Below are positions 1 through 13,993 of a stretch of DNA of 64,000 nt, one piece after another. This DNA is from Haliotis rubra. Its lineage: Eukaryota. A model generated the notes under the pieces. It had not been told where the DNA came from. It saw nothing but the letters and a program-made list of their open reading frames with translations, and did not search any database. Location: the NCBI RefSeq assembly GCF_003918875.1, contig NW_025767357.1, positions 186,001 through 250,000 of the forward strand, in the 5' to 3' direction. Position numbers and translations under genes: made by a program. How positions within the stretch are numbered: the first letter of the stretch is position 1; each line of letters starts with the position of its first letter.

Positions 1-169
1 GTTAATGGTAATGTACTGATACTATGAAAAATATGGGTGTTGCGATACATTCTATGAAAAATATGGGTGTTGCGATACATTTTTCCATGTGTATAGATGT
101 AACAGATTTCAAGTAAACTCATGACTCATGTAATAATGTATTAATGTGCATATAATACATTGATTTCAG

Positions 170-3100
170 AGCGGCATCCCCTGTGAGAAGCTCAACCTCC
201 CCCACCGTTCCGACTCCCTCAACTGGGTCTACAGAACCTTTCAGTACCAACCTGACCCTGGTTACTATGGTTACGATGAGGTTCGGGTTTACGCCCAGGA
301 CCAGGCAGGGGCATACTCTGACGTCATCACGATCAAACCAACTGTGATGGAGAGGCCATGCAAGAATGGAGGAACATGCAGAAGTAAGCCATGCCATGTC
401 TTTGTCCGCCAGCGATTCGGAACTTAAGTAACTTGTAGCCCAATGGTTAAAGCATTGACTCGTGACACCAACGACCTTGGTTCAATCCTAGACTGTGTTG
501 CTGAAAAGGGATTTGAAACTGGAGCTCATTCACTATTTTTTCATTTCAATATTTTTTTTCATGATAATCATCTTGACGTTTCTGATTTTAAAACACGTTT
601 TGTACTTGGTTTGATTACCAACATGACAAATGTATGACAGATATACATTCAGAAAAAAGTAACAAATAAGCACAAATTTAAAATGGATCGACGTCAATAA
701 CTCCCTACAGCGGCGGAGAAGCCTAGTGGTTAAGGGGTTCTCTCGTCACGCCAGAGACCCGGAATCGCTTTCCCCGGCCCATTTCTGGTGTCCCCCGCGG
801 TGGTATTGCTGGGATATTGTTAAAAGCGGTGTAAAACCAAACTCACTCACTCACCCCATCCAACTAGCGCTATGGATCACATTATGAATATCTCTGCAAT
901 GTCTACAACGTGAATCGTTCATTCACTTCATACATCCTCACATAATTCCAGGCAAAGATGAAAGCCTGTACAACTGCACCAACTACCGCCGCGCTGAAGG
1001 TTTTGACCTTTACTACGAGTGTGCGTGCGCACCTGGCTGGACCGGCATGCACTGCGAGGATGACGTCAACGAGTGTGGCAGTTCCCCATGTTCCTGGCCG
1101 TACGTCTGCTACAACGATGTCAACAGATACTACTGCGCATGTGCAAAAGAAAATCCGAACTGTGATGGGTGGCAGGCATGGATGGTCCCGCTGGTGGTGT
1201 TGGCAGTGATATTGTTAAGCATCTTATCCGAGCTGGCTTGGTATCTGTGCATGCTCAAACGAAGGTAGGTATCTCGCATGTGCGCATGGGTACGTCAGTC
1301 AAATATCAGGTTGAATATGAAAAGATCCACACTCCAATTTATACATAACGATTGACTCTGTTTCAAATTGTTGCAAATACATATTTTATCCGTGGTTACG
1401 AGCTCAGGAGAAGTGGAAAAAGAAAAATGTTATATTGAACCTGTGAAATTCTTTTTTTATTATTTGTTGATAGCAGTTCCCCTATACTTATTCAGTTTTC
1501 TTTGCAAACACCTGAACTTCGACTTTACAGAGGGACTTGAATAACAAATGGTAGTTATGCGGTGTTCAAATTTCAGCATTAGAGATCCATATTAAAGGGG
1601 AAGTAACTCTTTCAGACGAACGTTTCGGACTACGTTTGTTTTCACCCAATCGCAAGAGATATTTTACATAAAGTGGACACACAGTAATAAAAACATGTCT
1701 CAAGTACACCTCATTTCTGTTCCAACTTGGTGGTTGTCAGTTGGCCTCCTGTTTTCTTTCCATTCATTATACTTTTTCTCACCATACAGATAATTATGTA
1801 TTTTTGACTTTGTATGTGTTACTGTAAACGTATCCACCAGCTGTGTCATGAACCAAGTAGCTCTTGTATAATAAGGAGAACATTTGCCGATAAGCAAGGT
1901 ATTGTTGCATGATTATACCGTGGTAAAATGTATGGGCAAGCAAGTGCAAGAACATTTGACTAGGTGATATCCAGGAGGGTATGACATGAAAATGCGGTAC
2001 ATTGCTTGCTTTTCGTAGTTGATCAGATAATGGTCGTTAGTTGGCATGGTAACGGTTTACGTGTTCTTGCATGTATTGAGTTTATTACGCCAATGGAGGT
2101 TTTGATGACCTTTTCTTACATGTAATTAGTTTATTACGCCATTGAAACTTTTGATTATCTTTTCTTGCATGTATTCAGTTTATTGTGTTATTGGAGGTGT
2201 TGTCACCTTTCCTTGCATGGCTTCGAAATATTAAAAGATGCATTAGAATTCCACCTTAACGGAACAACTTTCTAGCAAGGTTTCCGTAAATGATGATGAC
2301 AATGTGTCTGCTGGGCGTGTGTTTGGGACACAGTATCTCCAGCACCTTTGTTGAAATATTTGGTCTTCGGAGAAAATTATATAATATACTTTGCAACCAA
2401 CCTCAAGATCTTCAGTCAAACCTCATCATACTAAGATTGCATTTTGAAACATTGTGAACAGCATGAGTAAGTCTGAATGGTGGAAGGGGTCACATGACAT
2501 ATGTCTGAGGGAACAGTTACGATTCTTAATACAACATGTTATTCCGTCTACATCTATCTTCCCAAACAATTCGACCAGTTATTATTCAATCCTAACAAAA
2601 CTCAAAATAAACACCATCAAATGTAAACGAATTAACATTGACACATTTTAATTTTCAACTTGTATGTATCAGTTTCTTATGTTAACACTGGTTATTGTTT
2701 TTTTTCTTATATGAATGTCTGAAATAATACGCTTTTCTTTCTGTTTGAAAAACCAACGTGACCGTGGACATTTTCATTATGAGCTGTAACACTGCACCGA
2801 CAAGCAAGAGAAGTCCCATTTTAGTGAAGGCGATCACTAACTCGCCCTTCAAGAGTACTTTCATCTTATTTTACAGACGATTTCACCGGTCCTGGACATT
2901 ATGTAAGACGGAAGGATCCAGAACAACTTTTGTCAATGCAGGCTTCAGGGATGTAAGTATAGTCAGATGTACACAGTGATTTAACTGTGGGCTTAACACC
3001 AAGGTATCAACATTCCAGTAAGAATTCATCGGGAGCAAAAACAAAATGGGCGTCGAGTACATGTCCATGCATGGAACTGAGCGTGGGCTTCAAGTCACAT

Positions 3101-4611
3101 AGTTGAACTATGCTGCTGTCCAACATGGACATGATAAGAGAGAGTCAGCAGCCATTGTTGTGGATAGGCAATTAACTGTCTGGCAGTAGTAATTATTTCT
3201 ACAATTTCTGTTTATATAGACTTCCCATTCCCCTGATGTAAAGTAAGTGGAATATATAATTGTACAACCCCGGATGTCGAGAGTTGATGCAGCATTGTTA
3301 CTGCCTGGATAATACGCGCCACCCTGATCTCATGCATAGACTCTTATCCACTGCCTTGACTATTCATGGCTCGATTGTTATTCAGCCAGCTCCTAATATG
3401 ACACAAGTTACCTGTTTTATCTGATATCAGTTATAAATAGGGAAGAATATTGTTTGTCCCCTTTTTTGTCATAAAAGAAGCCATTATTTCTTCCAGGACT
3501 TTAGTGAAGGTGGGAAAAGCCAAAAGGTAAGTGCCAATGTCACATCAACGTTCACAGCATAATTTGAATTTGAATTGTAATTGTAAGTCAGGACACCGTA
3601 ATTTATAGTCCTTACCTCAAAACGCAACTTTCCAACAGTACACAAGTTTAGTTTAACTTTTAGATATTTCAAATATATAAATGAACGTCGCCATTTCTGC
3701 AGGGAGCGATGTTACTTAGACATTGCGTTGTACCTATGAACTGTTTCAAATCGAAATGTTCCACAGTCCCGTTACCCTTGGGTAATTTTCAAACTGACTT
3801 TATAATATATATCGTCACAACGCAACTTTCCAACAGGACACAAGTTGGAAACTTATGATATTTCAAAACATCTAAGTCGATGTCGCCATTTGAGGAAGGA
3901 GCGATGGAAGCATAGACCTGGAATTGTAGATATGTGCTCTTCGGATGTATTATCACGTAATTAATTTCTAATCGAACTGTTCACAGTCCCGTGAGCAGTC
4001 TGGAGCGTCCTGCGTGCTCATTTCCAGTCGCCGACAAGATGATCCAACAACCCCGATGAGGTCTGACCGATCGCCCCGATCTGTGCCCGATCTTCACGAA
4101 CATCAAGCCGTAAGTAGTTACAGTGCGTTTTTTTAAACATACGAATTTAATTATTTTAGAATTTTACAACTTGAGCGTTACTTTACACAGTTCGGTACAA
4201 AAGTGAGTCCATGTCTTACAGCTTATGAGACAATGGTTTGGAACGTATTTGGTATGGAAAGACCAGTTACAACAAGGAGGATGAACACAGAATTGAAACA
4301 CCCAATTTCTAGACCTATAGACTATACGGACATATGGTTTTCAGTATACCCTCGACTGTTCTTTTCTCCAGGCGAAAAACCTGAACGGTGGTCCACGTCT
4401 CGGGGAGGCAAACGTCCGCTTTGCCCACTTTCGACATCAGTCGACTCGTCCAGGCTTCACCACGGACCGGCCACTTACACCGGTGGAAGATTACGAAGAA
4501 AGACCAGGCAGTTCATCTTCGCTTATCAGGGGCAAATCACCGGTCAGAAGAAAGTCACGTCGAATCGCCCCTGGGCCCGATCGAGAACCAGAGCCAGACT
4601 GTGATCAATGA
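170..4611 (+). CDS. 3' exons of a large uncharacterised type-I membrane protein (cadherin-like + 2 EGF-like + TM + cytoplasmic tail); paralog A, 5' part lies outside the window
   Basis: Phase-compatible GT-AG exons: 170-383 (SGIPCEKLNLPHRSDSLNWVYRTFQYQPDPGYYGYDEVRVYAQD...PCKNGGTCR), 952-1264 (EGF end, DVNEC EGF, hydrophobic TM, KR), 2877-2952 (..FVNAGFRD), 3987-4109, 4372-4611 (TGA). The first two exons have the same lengths (214, 313 nt) as exons 50638-50425 and 47421-47109 of the minus-strand paralog. Confidence 0.8.
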
Positions 4612-5163
4612 AGAACTCTATAATTCTTTACTCTGTAGATACTGTCTCCCTGAACATGCTACAATGAATTTTTTAACGTACTTCCTTTGTCTATCATAAG
4701 TGTCGTGCAAATGGTTGATTAAAAATAGAGGTTAATTAACAAAATGTTGATAAAATCGGTAAAATTAAAATTATATGAGATCAAATATTCTGATTAGAGG
4801 GCTTTAATTGATAGAAACTGCCGATAGGATGTCATCTATAAATGATATATGAATGTTGGCCGTGTGTTTCCATTGATTAAATCTCACATATTAATCTGCT
4901 TTTGCAACAATGTTCAAATTAGCGTCAAAATACAAGCACGTGTGGAGCGGAGAATGGGAACTTGAACATGGATTAGTTAATGTTTAACATGTTAAAAATT
5001 ATACGCACAACTGTACGTTTTGTAAACCTGCTAACACTGTTTCTCAAAAATAAACATTCTTCGGCAAGTTGTTTTCGTCAGTATATTACATGTCGACCAT
5101 GGTGGAAAACATCCCAACACCCCCAAAACATGCATATCCCCCCTCGTACAGACATACGTACGT

Positions 5164-5221
5164 ACACACACACACACACACACACTCACTCACTCACTCA
5201 CTCACTCACTCACACACACAC
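5164..5221. repeat. (CA)n/(CACT)n microsatellite
   Basis: Read directly from the sequence. Confidence 0.95.
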
Positions 5222-7001
5222 GCAGGACATGGCGGTGGTGATACGGCTGAATATTTTACGTAATTGTGACGATAAACCGCTATGCAATAGACATGTTTGA
5301 TGGTGGCAACAATGATACAAACAAGACACGGCTTTCAGATGATGTCGTGTTTGACTCGGATGTAACAAGTGTCACATGTTGTCAAACTCGAGTTTGAGAG
5401 TGTGAACATTCCAAAAAACTCACAATAACAACAAATTAAATACCAAGATGTGTTCTTAAGTAACTTTTATTATCTTCATGCAAAAGTAACTATAAAGACT
5501 AGGGAATATACAAATTAAATAAGGAATACATCTGATGGAATGATAATGACCATGAATTGCGACAAGTGTCAGTAAGGCGAGATGATGTTCGGTGTGGGTT
5601 CAGAGCTTGTTTTGGAATAGTATACCTTAATGTAGACCTTTGATAGAGTACGTTTAATAGTTGTAATCAATGGTAATACGATGACTCTCAAGCAACGCTT
5701 GTGATTATTTTTATATGGTGCACAATCATCATAAGATTCTTCTACCAATATGATCTTAGTATCATTTTAAAATGCGATATTATGTTTAAATATTGTACCA
5801 ACGATGTTCGCACCTGCGTACAGAGTCAATGTTATATGGCTATTGCATAAAGAATGAACGATGAAACGGGTATCCTGGAAACATACTTTGAACCAATTTT
5901 ATAAGAAACACGCGTATAACGAACTAACGGATGTAACGAACTGCATTTTCTGCCCCAGCCATTTATACTTTGATATTACAACCTGAATTTAATGGTCCCT
6001 TTTTGTTCGTTGTAGTTTACTGTATAAAGGATTGCACTGAGCGCCAAAATGTAACATTTTCCCGAAAACATGCTTTTGAGATATTACATTTTACTTTTGA
6101 AATAACTCCACACTGACGAAATGTCCACGCGCAAAAACACTTGTCATGGGGGTGGTCAGGCTCGCTGATTTGGTTGACACATGTCGTATCCCAATTGTGT
6201 AGATCGATGCTCATGCTATTGATCACTGGATTCTCTGGTCCATACTCGATTATTTACAGACCGCTGCTATATAGCTGGAATATTGCTGAGTGCGGCATAA
6301 AACTAAACTCACTCACTCACTTGCAAAAACAACCATCTTCAGCTGTGCTGACAAGAGCTTGGACAAGCAGTCCGTGAGGTGAGCAGAGGTGAGCAACTAG
6401 CATGTTAGAACTACTATTGTTTAGAACAATACAGTGAGATCTCTAGACATATTTATGCCGCTGAAGGAATGTGACGGTGTATTCTAAGTCGCCCGACGTT
6501 GTCACAGATACCCATCGTATACCAGGATATATCTTGATAACGTTCTTGCAAAACAATGTGCAAATCTGTATCAAACTCACTCTTCGTATACCGTATATGT
6601 ATTATGTATGTATTCTACTTACATATACGTATTTTATAAGCGTAAGAGGGTAACGTGCAAAGTTGTATCCCTTGGGCACTGATGAAAACTACGATTGTGG
6701 GTTCGAATCCCGGTGATTCTAGGTTAGTCACCAGCACATTTGTGCTCGGGTTTGTTTCTCCCCTATTAAGCTTGGGAGCACTGTTTAAAAAGTGGCGTTA
6801 ACCCAATTCACTCATTCGGTTAATTTAATAACTAGTTTACAGCGATGCACATGTCTATCCTTCTATTTCAAGCATGTGTTTACCATTCACCTGTCATGTA
6901 TCCCATCCTCGGCATGCTAGGGGCGTTTACGTCATCATTGTGTAATACATTGAAATGAACGTCCATAAAATACTGTTTACATGTCGGGGTATGTGTTCAG
7001 A

Positions 7002-10000
7002 TTATGATGGGCTGTAGCATAGATTAATATAATCACTTTCATCAAAATGTCTTAAATTGTCTCGCAGTACAAAGTCGGCGAACCGTTTCAAAGGGCACAT
7101 TCCATCATGGATATGCCCATGACAAAAGGCAACCTCACGAGTGACGTCTTTACCATCATGAAGCACCCGGATGTAATGTTCAGATGTATCCTTCCGAGAA
7201 TATAGTTCCAGCACAAATCTGGATGCGTAACGCGGCCATGTTCCTCCGCCAGCGCCAAAAACAACAGATAGTGGTACCAAGGTCGCGTCATGACCAGATA
7301 AGAGATGAAATTTGGTATTGGTGACACCGTTTGCAGCATCTTGCATTTGTTCCACAATTTCAGTTAGAAGCGGATGTACAGCTAAACTTGCATATTTCTG
7401 ATACCTTTCATCTGTAATGAGATACTTGGTATAATTTGTGACATGTCCCCAAAGTTCCGATACCATTCTTGGTTTAATGCACAGACCCTGTTTGTTACAA
7501 GGCAAAGGGAGGGAGTTACATGTGTGGGAGAGAAATACATCCATCATTGCCCACATCCTTGGAAGGCGGCTCACTGGCATGTCATACATATTCGCCAAGG
7601 CGTTCACTAAAGTGTCATATCCTGTACTGTTCCTCACAGCGGAGGTAGCCAGCGCGTCCGCTTGCTTCTTAAGACTCCTCAGCACTGGACACGTGCACGG
7701 AGCTGCGAGTGTTTGTTCGGAACAGAAGAACAGATTTGAAACTCGCTTCACATGCATATCTGTCAGATTGAATCGTGGCAGAAAGGCGTAAAGGAACGCA
7801 ATGGCGCTCTGGTATGTTCGAGAATATTCCGTGCTACGAGGTAACACTTGCTCTGCACGAAAGTTGTGTCCAAAAAGGCGCCATTTTTGTACGTAACGTT
7901 CATGCATCAAGTACCCAAGATTCAGCATTTGTTTCGCGCCGACCGCACTGAGTTGTGAGGTGTCACAAACCTTCCGGCCAGGGTAGAGGGCCCAGCTCAT
8001 GAAGCCACTGTCCTCCCGTTGATGACCCTCCCAGCCCCGCATCGTTGTGACGTAGGCGGCGAGTTGGGCGTCTTTCATCACCTCCTGGGGGTCAAACTGA
8101 CAGCTAAGACGTGGGCTAGTATGACGGTTGAAGGTGTACATTGGAGATCGGTCGCCGTGTCGAGTGATCACATGGACAGAAACAAGGTTATATCCGTGTG
8201 GAGCTATTCCTGCAAAAATAAATTTTGATATAATAATCATACAATTCAGTGGTATTCAGTGGTTTCTATGGCTATTTCGGTCTTTCCATTGCTAGTCTCC
8301 GTCGCAGTTAAACATGGACATGGACAGTACTGTGTACTGGTCCTTGTTGTATCCCATAATGCCAAACGTCAGGCAGGGAAGTAAGTTCTTTCAACGTCTT
8401 TTGATGTCTCAGCCGGGGATCAAGCACCGACCTTCCGCTTTTAGTGCATGGACTTTATCTACCGTATACCAGGTGGTCATAAGTTATATTTGATAGTACA
8501 GAGCGATGATACGTTCAGGAATCGAGTTGGTCATTCTGCTTAACGAACACTTTATGTTTAACACTCTCATACCCGTGAAGATACGGGTGACTAACGGGAT
8601 CGAGTATCGCTGACCTGGTATCCCAATTACTGAGATCGATGTTCATGATGTTCGTCACTGGATTGTCTGGTCCAGAGTCGACTATTTACAGACCGCCACC
8701 ATATAGCTGGAATATTGGCGAGAGCGGCTTTAAACAACAAACAAACAGACAGACAAACACACAAACCCGATGCTTCATGGGTGCAGCTGAGTAAAGTGTA
8801 TGCAATATTTAACTCTGGATTTGACTGAACCAGTTATCATGTATCTGAACTTTATGTAAAAACGACAAACTTGCCTTCCTGTGATGCCGCCAAGATACCG
8901 TCACGGTTACAGTAGTCCGATATAGGGGGCTCCTCTGACCTGACAGGTGTGTCACGTGATGAAGCGCCAGCGTCATGTGACATGGAATTACGTTTAACAA
9001 TAGAGATCTTGTCGACCATTTGCGGGACAACGAGGTCTTTTTGTTTTGATTTTACATGTTTGGCTTCTCGAACGATACCAACATGTACGGGCATTACTGT
9101 GGCACCCAATTTATCATTATGGTCCGCCAACTGGTACGGTGGGTTAACTCGGAGTTCCTGCAGCTTCATGATGGTCTTAGAACCGATATTGATAGGCTCT
9201 CTCATATCCGCCTCCTCGGCCAGAAACGAGTCTGAAAAGATTTACAGTAAATGCATCAGTTTCCAATTGAGGATTTCTGGATGATTCAGTGAAGGTTTTG
9301 CCACATTCATTAACCTTCGACTGACAACTGAACTGGGTCCCGATCCACAAAACCTTCGTAACGTTAAGAAATGTCGTAACTCTATAGTTTACCATAGGTT
9401 TACGAATGTCGAAGCTCTACGAACGTTTTGTGGATCGGCACCCAGGATCTTCACATGGTAAGATAAAGCTCTGGGCCCCGATCCACGAAGCGTTCGCAGC
9501 ACTACGGCATTCGTACACCTATGACAAACTATATTGTTACGAAGGGTCGTAACGTTACGAACTCTTTGTGGATCGGGGTCCAGATTAACATTTGCAAACA
9601 TAGTTAAAATTGTAGAGCAGTTCCGTTTTTCCCTGATATGGAAATAGTTTTTTTACCATACGGATATCCCATGGTCTTCGAAATATGGGTGTATTGAAAG
9701 GCTGAAGTGAGGTGCAATTCTTAGTGTAAAAGTGTGGTGACGTCAGAATGTAACAATGATATTGTTGATGCTAGATTGGTAGAGGTGTTTAAACTAAATT
9801 TATATCAACGATTATTGTACACATATAGCTTGATGTTACACATAAAACGTTAATGTTAATATCCCGATGATAATAGTTTGATTTATGGAATAACCCACAA
9901 GTTACGGGTCTATGTTGTAGGCCCCGAACCTTCACCTGTAGGTTTGTTCACACTCGCCCCCAGGTAGTATATATTCTAAGACAAATACAGGTTTCCGATC

Positions 10001-13000
10001 TAAAACATTTTTTAGCTGTTGTTGGAATTAAGTCATTTAAAATGATCATGGACAATGAATTACAACATTTTTCATTTGCGACAATGTGTTGAAATGACAT
10101 TGGCCGCATGTCCTGAAGTAGTAAATCAATAAGAAGCAATTGAGAAAATGTAAATCAAAGTAAACAAAGTAAAGTAACATGTAAAACAGTTAAAGCAATT
10201 ATAACAGCGCCCTTTTGGAAAATAGTATGTAACATTGATTAATATGGTAGAACGATGCTGAACCTAATTATATATATATACATGTATGTATGTACAGAGG
10301 TACAGATAAGCTGCCTATCTGCGTAAATTACGCAAATATTTATGTGAAAACTCAATTCCTCAATTTTATTGCGTACAAGTACGCTTAAAGTTTTGTAAAT
10401 ACTCAATAAATGTGATTTTACATGCGTACACACAAAAATGTCAAATCGTAGCTTGCACCGGTGGATAGATAAATTAACTGAAGTATATTGAGAGGTTCTA
10501 TTTCAGGACATGAACTTGACAACTTGTAGTCTTTCTTATCATTTCCCATATTACAGATCGAATGTAAATCACAAACACTAACATTTATATTTTATTATAT
10601 TTTGAATTATTGGGAAATGGCAAAATACTCAATTGAGTTTGAGTGAGGTGAGTACAATATATTTCGTTACTCCAAGGAAAATTAGGATACCCAATTGAGA
10701 TGAAGACAAGCGAGTACATAACTCAATGATCCAAAAAGTTATCTCTGTGTGTGTGTGTGTGCGTGCGTGCGTGTGTGCGTGCGTGCGTGCGTGTGTGTGT
10801 GTGTGTTAGTTTAAAGAAAATGTCTTTTTTAGTAAATAGATTCAAAGAGACTATTTTGATGCACTTGTGATATGTGAAGCAGCACCTGATATTTCCCCGC
10901 CGACGACCACGACAACATAATGCCCTAGTCTACACCATAGGACGAAGCATGTCGACGTAACCCTGTCGGGCAATCACAATTTGATTTGAGAAGATCAATG
11001 ATTAACTTAGCACTTAACTTGGTTACATCTGTTTTGTATGGTGTCTTCGATTAGCTCAATAGAGCAAAAATACATTTTCGACCTCGGCACAACACGTTAT
11101 AAAACATCCACGTGGGAATGGTAAATATTTTATACATGACGTCAATTTCAAGTGTAATAACCTTCTGAGGTCACGGGAGATCTTAGATACACACTATTAA
11201 TCATCCACTAATTAAGGGCAACTCTATATTTAGAATGCATTCCGTGACCTCTGAATGTGTTTCTCACTCAGACTACATCAATTTAATCCTACTGCTTGGA
11301 AATAGAAATATGGGCACTGACTTTAACGACGGATTTGGCGTTACTAACTGCAGAGTTAGTAGTTTAAAATTGAATGAGATGACTGAAACTTTGACATTTT
11401 GGTATTAGCAAGAGTTAGTACAAATAGGTCTAGATGTTCGTGACCTGATGCAGTAGAATGGAAGACGAGATTGGCATCTTTGGATAAGGAATAATCTTAC
11501 TCACGCCATTGTGTTATTTGACGTGACTGGCGGCGTAGCTGCGTTGATTACGCGTTTCGGGACCCCGACCCGCAATCAGATGGAGGTCATCAGTAGTGCA
11601 GATGGGTTACTAATATTTATAATGGTCTACTCCCATTTGTGAGAACTCCCAGTTGTGAGACTCCCCAGTTGTGAGACAGTGGAGAAGGTAATTAGGAAAG
11701 AAAACACACCTAATCCCCTATCTGATAGAATGGATTAACCCCAGCTAATTAGGGATTAGCTATTTAACTGAATCTTGCGGAGGTAACTTAATGTAACTCT
11801 AAAAGATAAAGTAATTAACCTACTCAGATAAATGGCTTTAAAAAATAAACATTTTGTGTAGGTAACTTCGTGATCATTTGAAAGAGAAATTAATTTACCT
11901 ACTCAGATTTACGTGTTTGAAATATCTAGCAATAACTGTTGTAACTATAATTAATCCAAATGTATTTATTAACCTTTGACTGCTCTTTCCGATCACCATT
12001 ATGGCAGGCCTTCAACAAGTAGAATATATCACCAGTTCACGATAATCTTTTCAGTATTTCAGTATCTATTGAAAACAATAAATGCTCTTCAACGAACAAT
12101 GTCTTCTGTGTTGATTAACTCATTAATGAACTATGCCTCCTGCGGGTACTCTTCAGCAACAGGGCTGTTCCCACTTTCATCGTAGGGATGGGGAAGCACC
12201 ACCTGTGTGCACTGAACCATTAATTAATGTGTCTCACAACTGGGAGTTCTCACAAATGGGAGGACACCTTTATAATGTACTGCATATGGGCGAATGTACT
12301 ATGACGATAGTCCCTTTAAAGTCAAATGCTGAGAATATATCATTTCCAAATATGGTTTACCCTATGATATTGATTGATTTATAATGTCCTACATCTTATC
12401 CACACCAGTGTCTATGCTATAGTACTTCCCACCAACGTCAGCTCATGACGTTTATAACCATGGATAAATGTGAAACCATTTGGGAAAGAAAACGAAACGT
12501 TTCTTCGTAAAACTTCATTATGTTTTTATTGGAGTAGGGTATAATTCTTTGAGTGAAAACTCACTCGATCAAGGTGTCCATAAAAACAAATAGCATAAGG
12601 ATACGAACAAACTCCAAATTATCACTTCTAGGGTAATGATTATATATTTTATATTAGTGAAAGTGCTTCAGTGGACTATTTGTCCTGAGACATAGTCCAG
12701 TTTTATGATGGAAGGTCTGTAATATTAAAACTAGATCCGATGACTGATATTATGAACACTGATCCATTCCGTCAGGGTGCAAGCGGAACCTGTTCAGCAT
12801 ATGCATTAAGTTACCAGTACACATGTAGAATGCCGAGCTACTCTTCTAACCTATAACACACATGGAGTCTAAACGGGAGAATATGTGGTCAAGTAAATAA
12901 CCACATTAACCTTTACTGTGGTACAGCAAACTTCTGAAACGTTTTGATATATGTATTTTGATGATGAAATCAAAAGGCTATTGCTACCAAATGATAAAGA

Positions 13001-13993
13001 TTATTTGTAAAAGAAACCAAATTGTTAATTGTGGTCTAGTGAAATTAATATTTGGTCATGTGGATTCAACCCCTGATTTTGAAGTTTACTGGAGTTTAGA
13101 AAACAATTCAACCCCTGGAAACACTTATAAAACAAACATTTATGTGTGGACGTAGTTATCTCGTTTGTTGGTAGCATTTTGGCGTCAGTTAATTTATAGT
13201 ATAGAAGTTCAATGACAGCCACTTATGTGTTTAACATTTTAACCTGACTTTACCTTTTCAGAATGGAGCATCATTTAGCGACAATCACTTATGGGTTTAA
13301 AGAAAGATTTCTAAAATTTGCAGCATGTAGGGAATAAATTGGTGACTATACTATGCTTTGGCACTGTAGAGGTTTAATAGCAAATCACTTACGAGTTTAA
13401 AGAAAGAGATATACACGTTTTCTGTTTAAGAATCACATGTAGGACATGCACTTAGCGTAACGCCAATCACGTACTAGTATAAATAGAGATATGTGCTCTA
13501 ACACTCCTTTTAGAATCATATGGCCAAAATATAAGGTATAAACTATCAACAACAAATTATGTATTGGAAAGCTTTAGAAGCACATGCCAGTCACCTACTT
13601 AAGAGAAATCTGTATTAATTCAGTAAACCTTCACATTGCCAGCTTGAATTGTGAATTGACTAAATTTACTTAAATTCAGTGTGCGTTGATGACACCACTA
13701 GCCTAATACACATGCAACACACCCGTAAACTGTTAATATCAAAGATGTCTATAGTTAATTGTTGATGCCTTAAACAATTATATTAAACAAGGCTTCATAC
13801 AACAATGTTTCGTCATATGCTCCTCGGTGCAGTAACCGTAACAAATTAATTGCATCATAATTATCTACATTAACCTTTTGCAGTGATACAGCTGTACACA
13901 ATACTCACATGCAAACAAGAGTGTTGTAATCCACAGTAGGAGACCAACAAACACAAGGCGACGTCGCAGGTAAAAGACACACAGCATGCTCAT
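7002..13993 (-). CDS. PXYLP1: 2-phosphoxylose phosphatase 1 (histidine acid phosphatase, type II membrane protein), 549 aa
   Basis: Exons 13993-13909 (MSMLCVFYLRRRLVFVGLLLWITTLLFA anchor), 9231-8875, 8209-7002; total 1650 nt, in frame. RHGDR and GHD catalytic motifs. YCN..EGIAPHGYNLVSVHVITRHGDR matches the PXYLP1/ACPL2 pattern as I recall it. The intron 2 donor is AG|GCAAGT. Confidence 0.9.
9333..9583. mobile_element. Two ~113-bp palindromic MITEs in inverted orientation
   Basis: 9333-9445 and 9471-9583 are each bounded by CTGGGYCCCGATCCAC / GTGGATCGG..CCAG. Confidence 0.7.
10746..10806. repeat. (TG)n/(TGCG)n microsatellite
   Basis: Read directly from the sequence. Confidence 0.95.
11619..12273. 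mobile_element. Non-autonomous TIR element, ~650 bp
   Basis: CTCCCATTTGTGAGAACTCCCAGTTGTGAGAC at ~11630 has an exact inverted copy at ~12231-12262; outer ends and TSD are not resolved. Confidence 0.65.

Noticed and set aside
4203-4699. ORFs 4203-4604 and 4388-4699
   Set aside because: Alternative frames over the terminal exon; splice phase and the PLTP motif shared with paralog B support 4372-4611.
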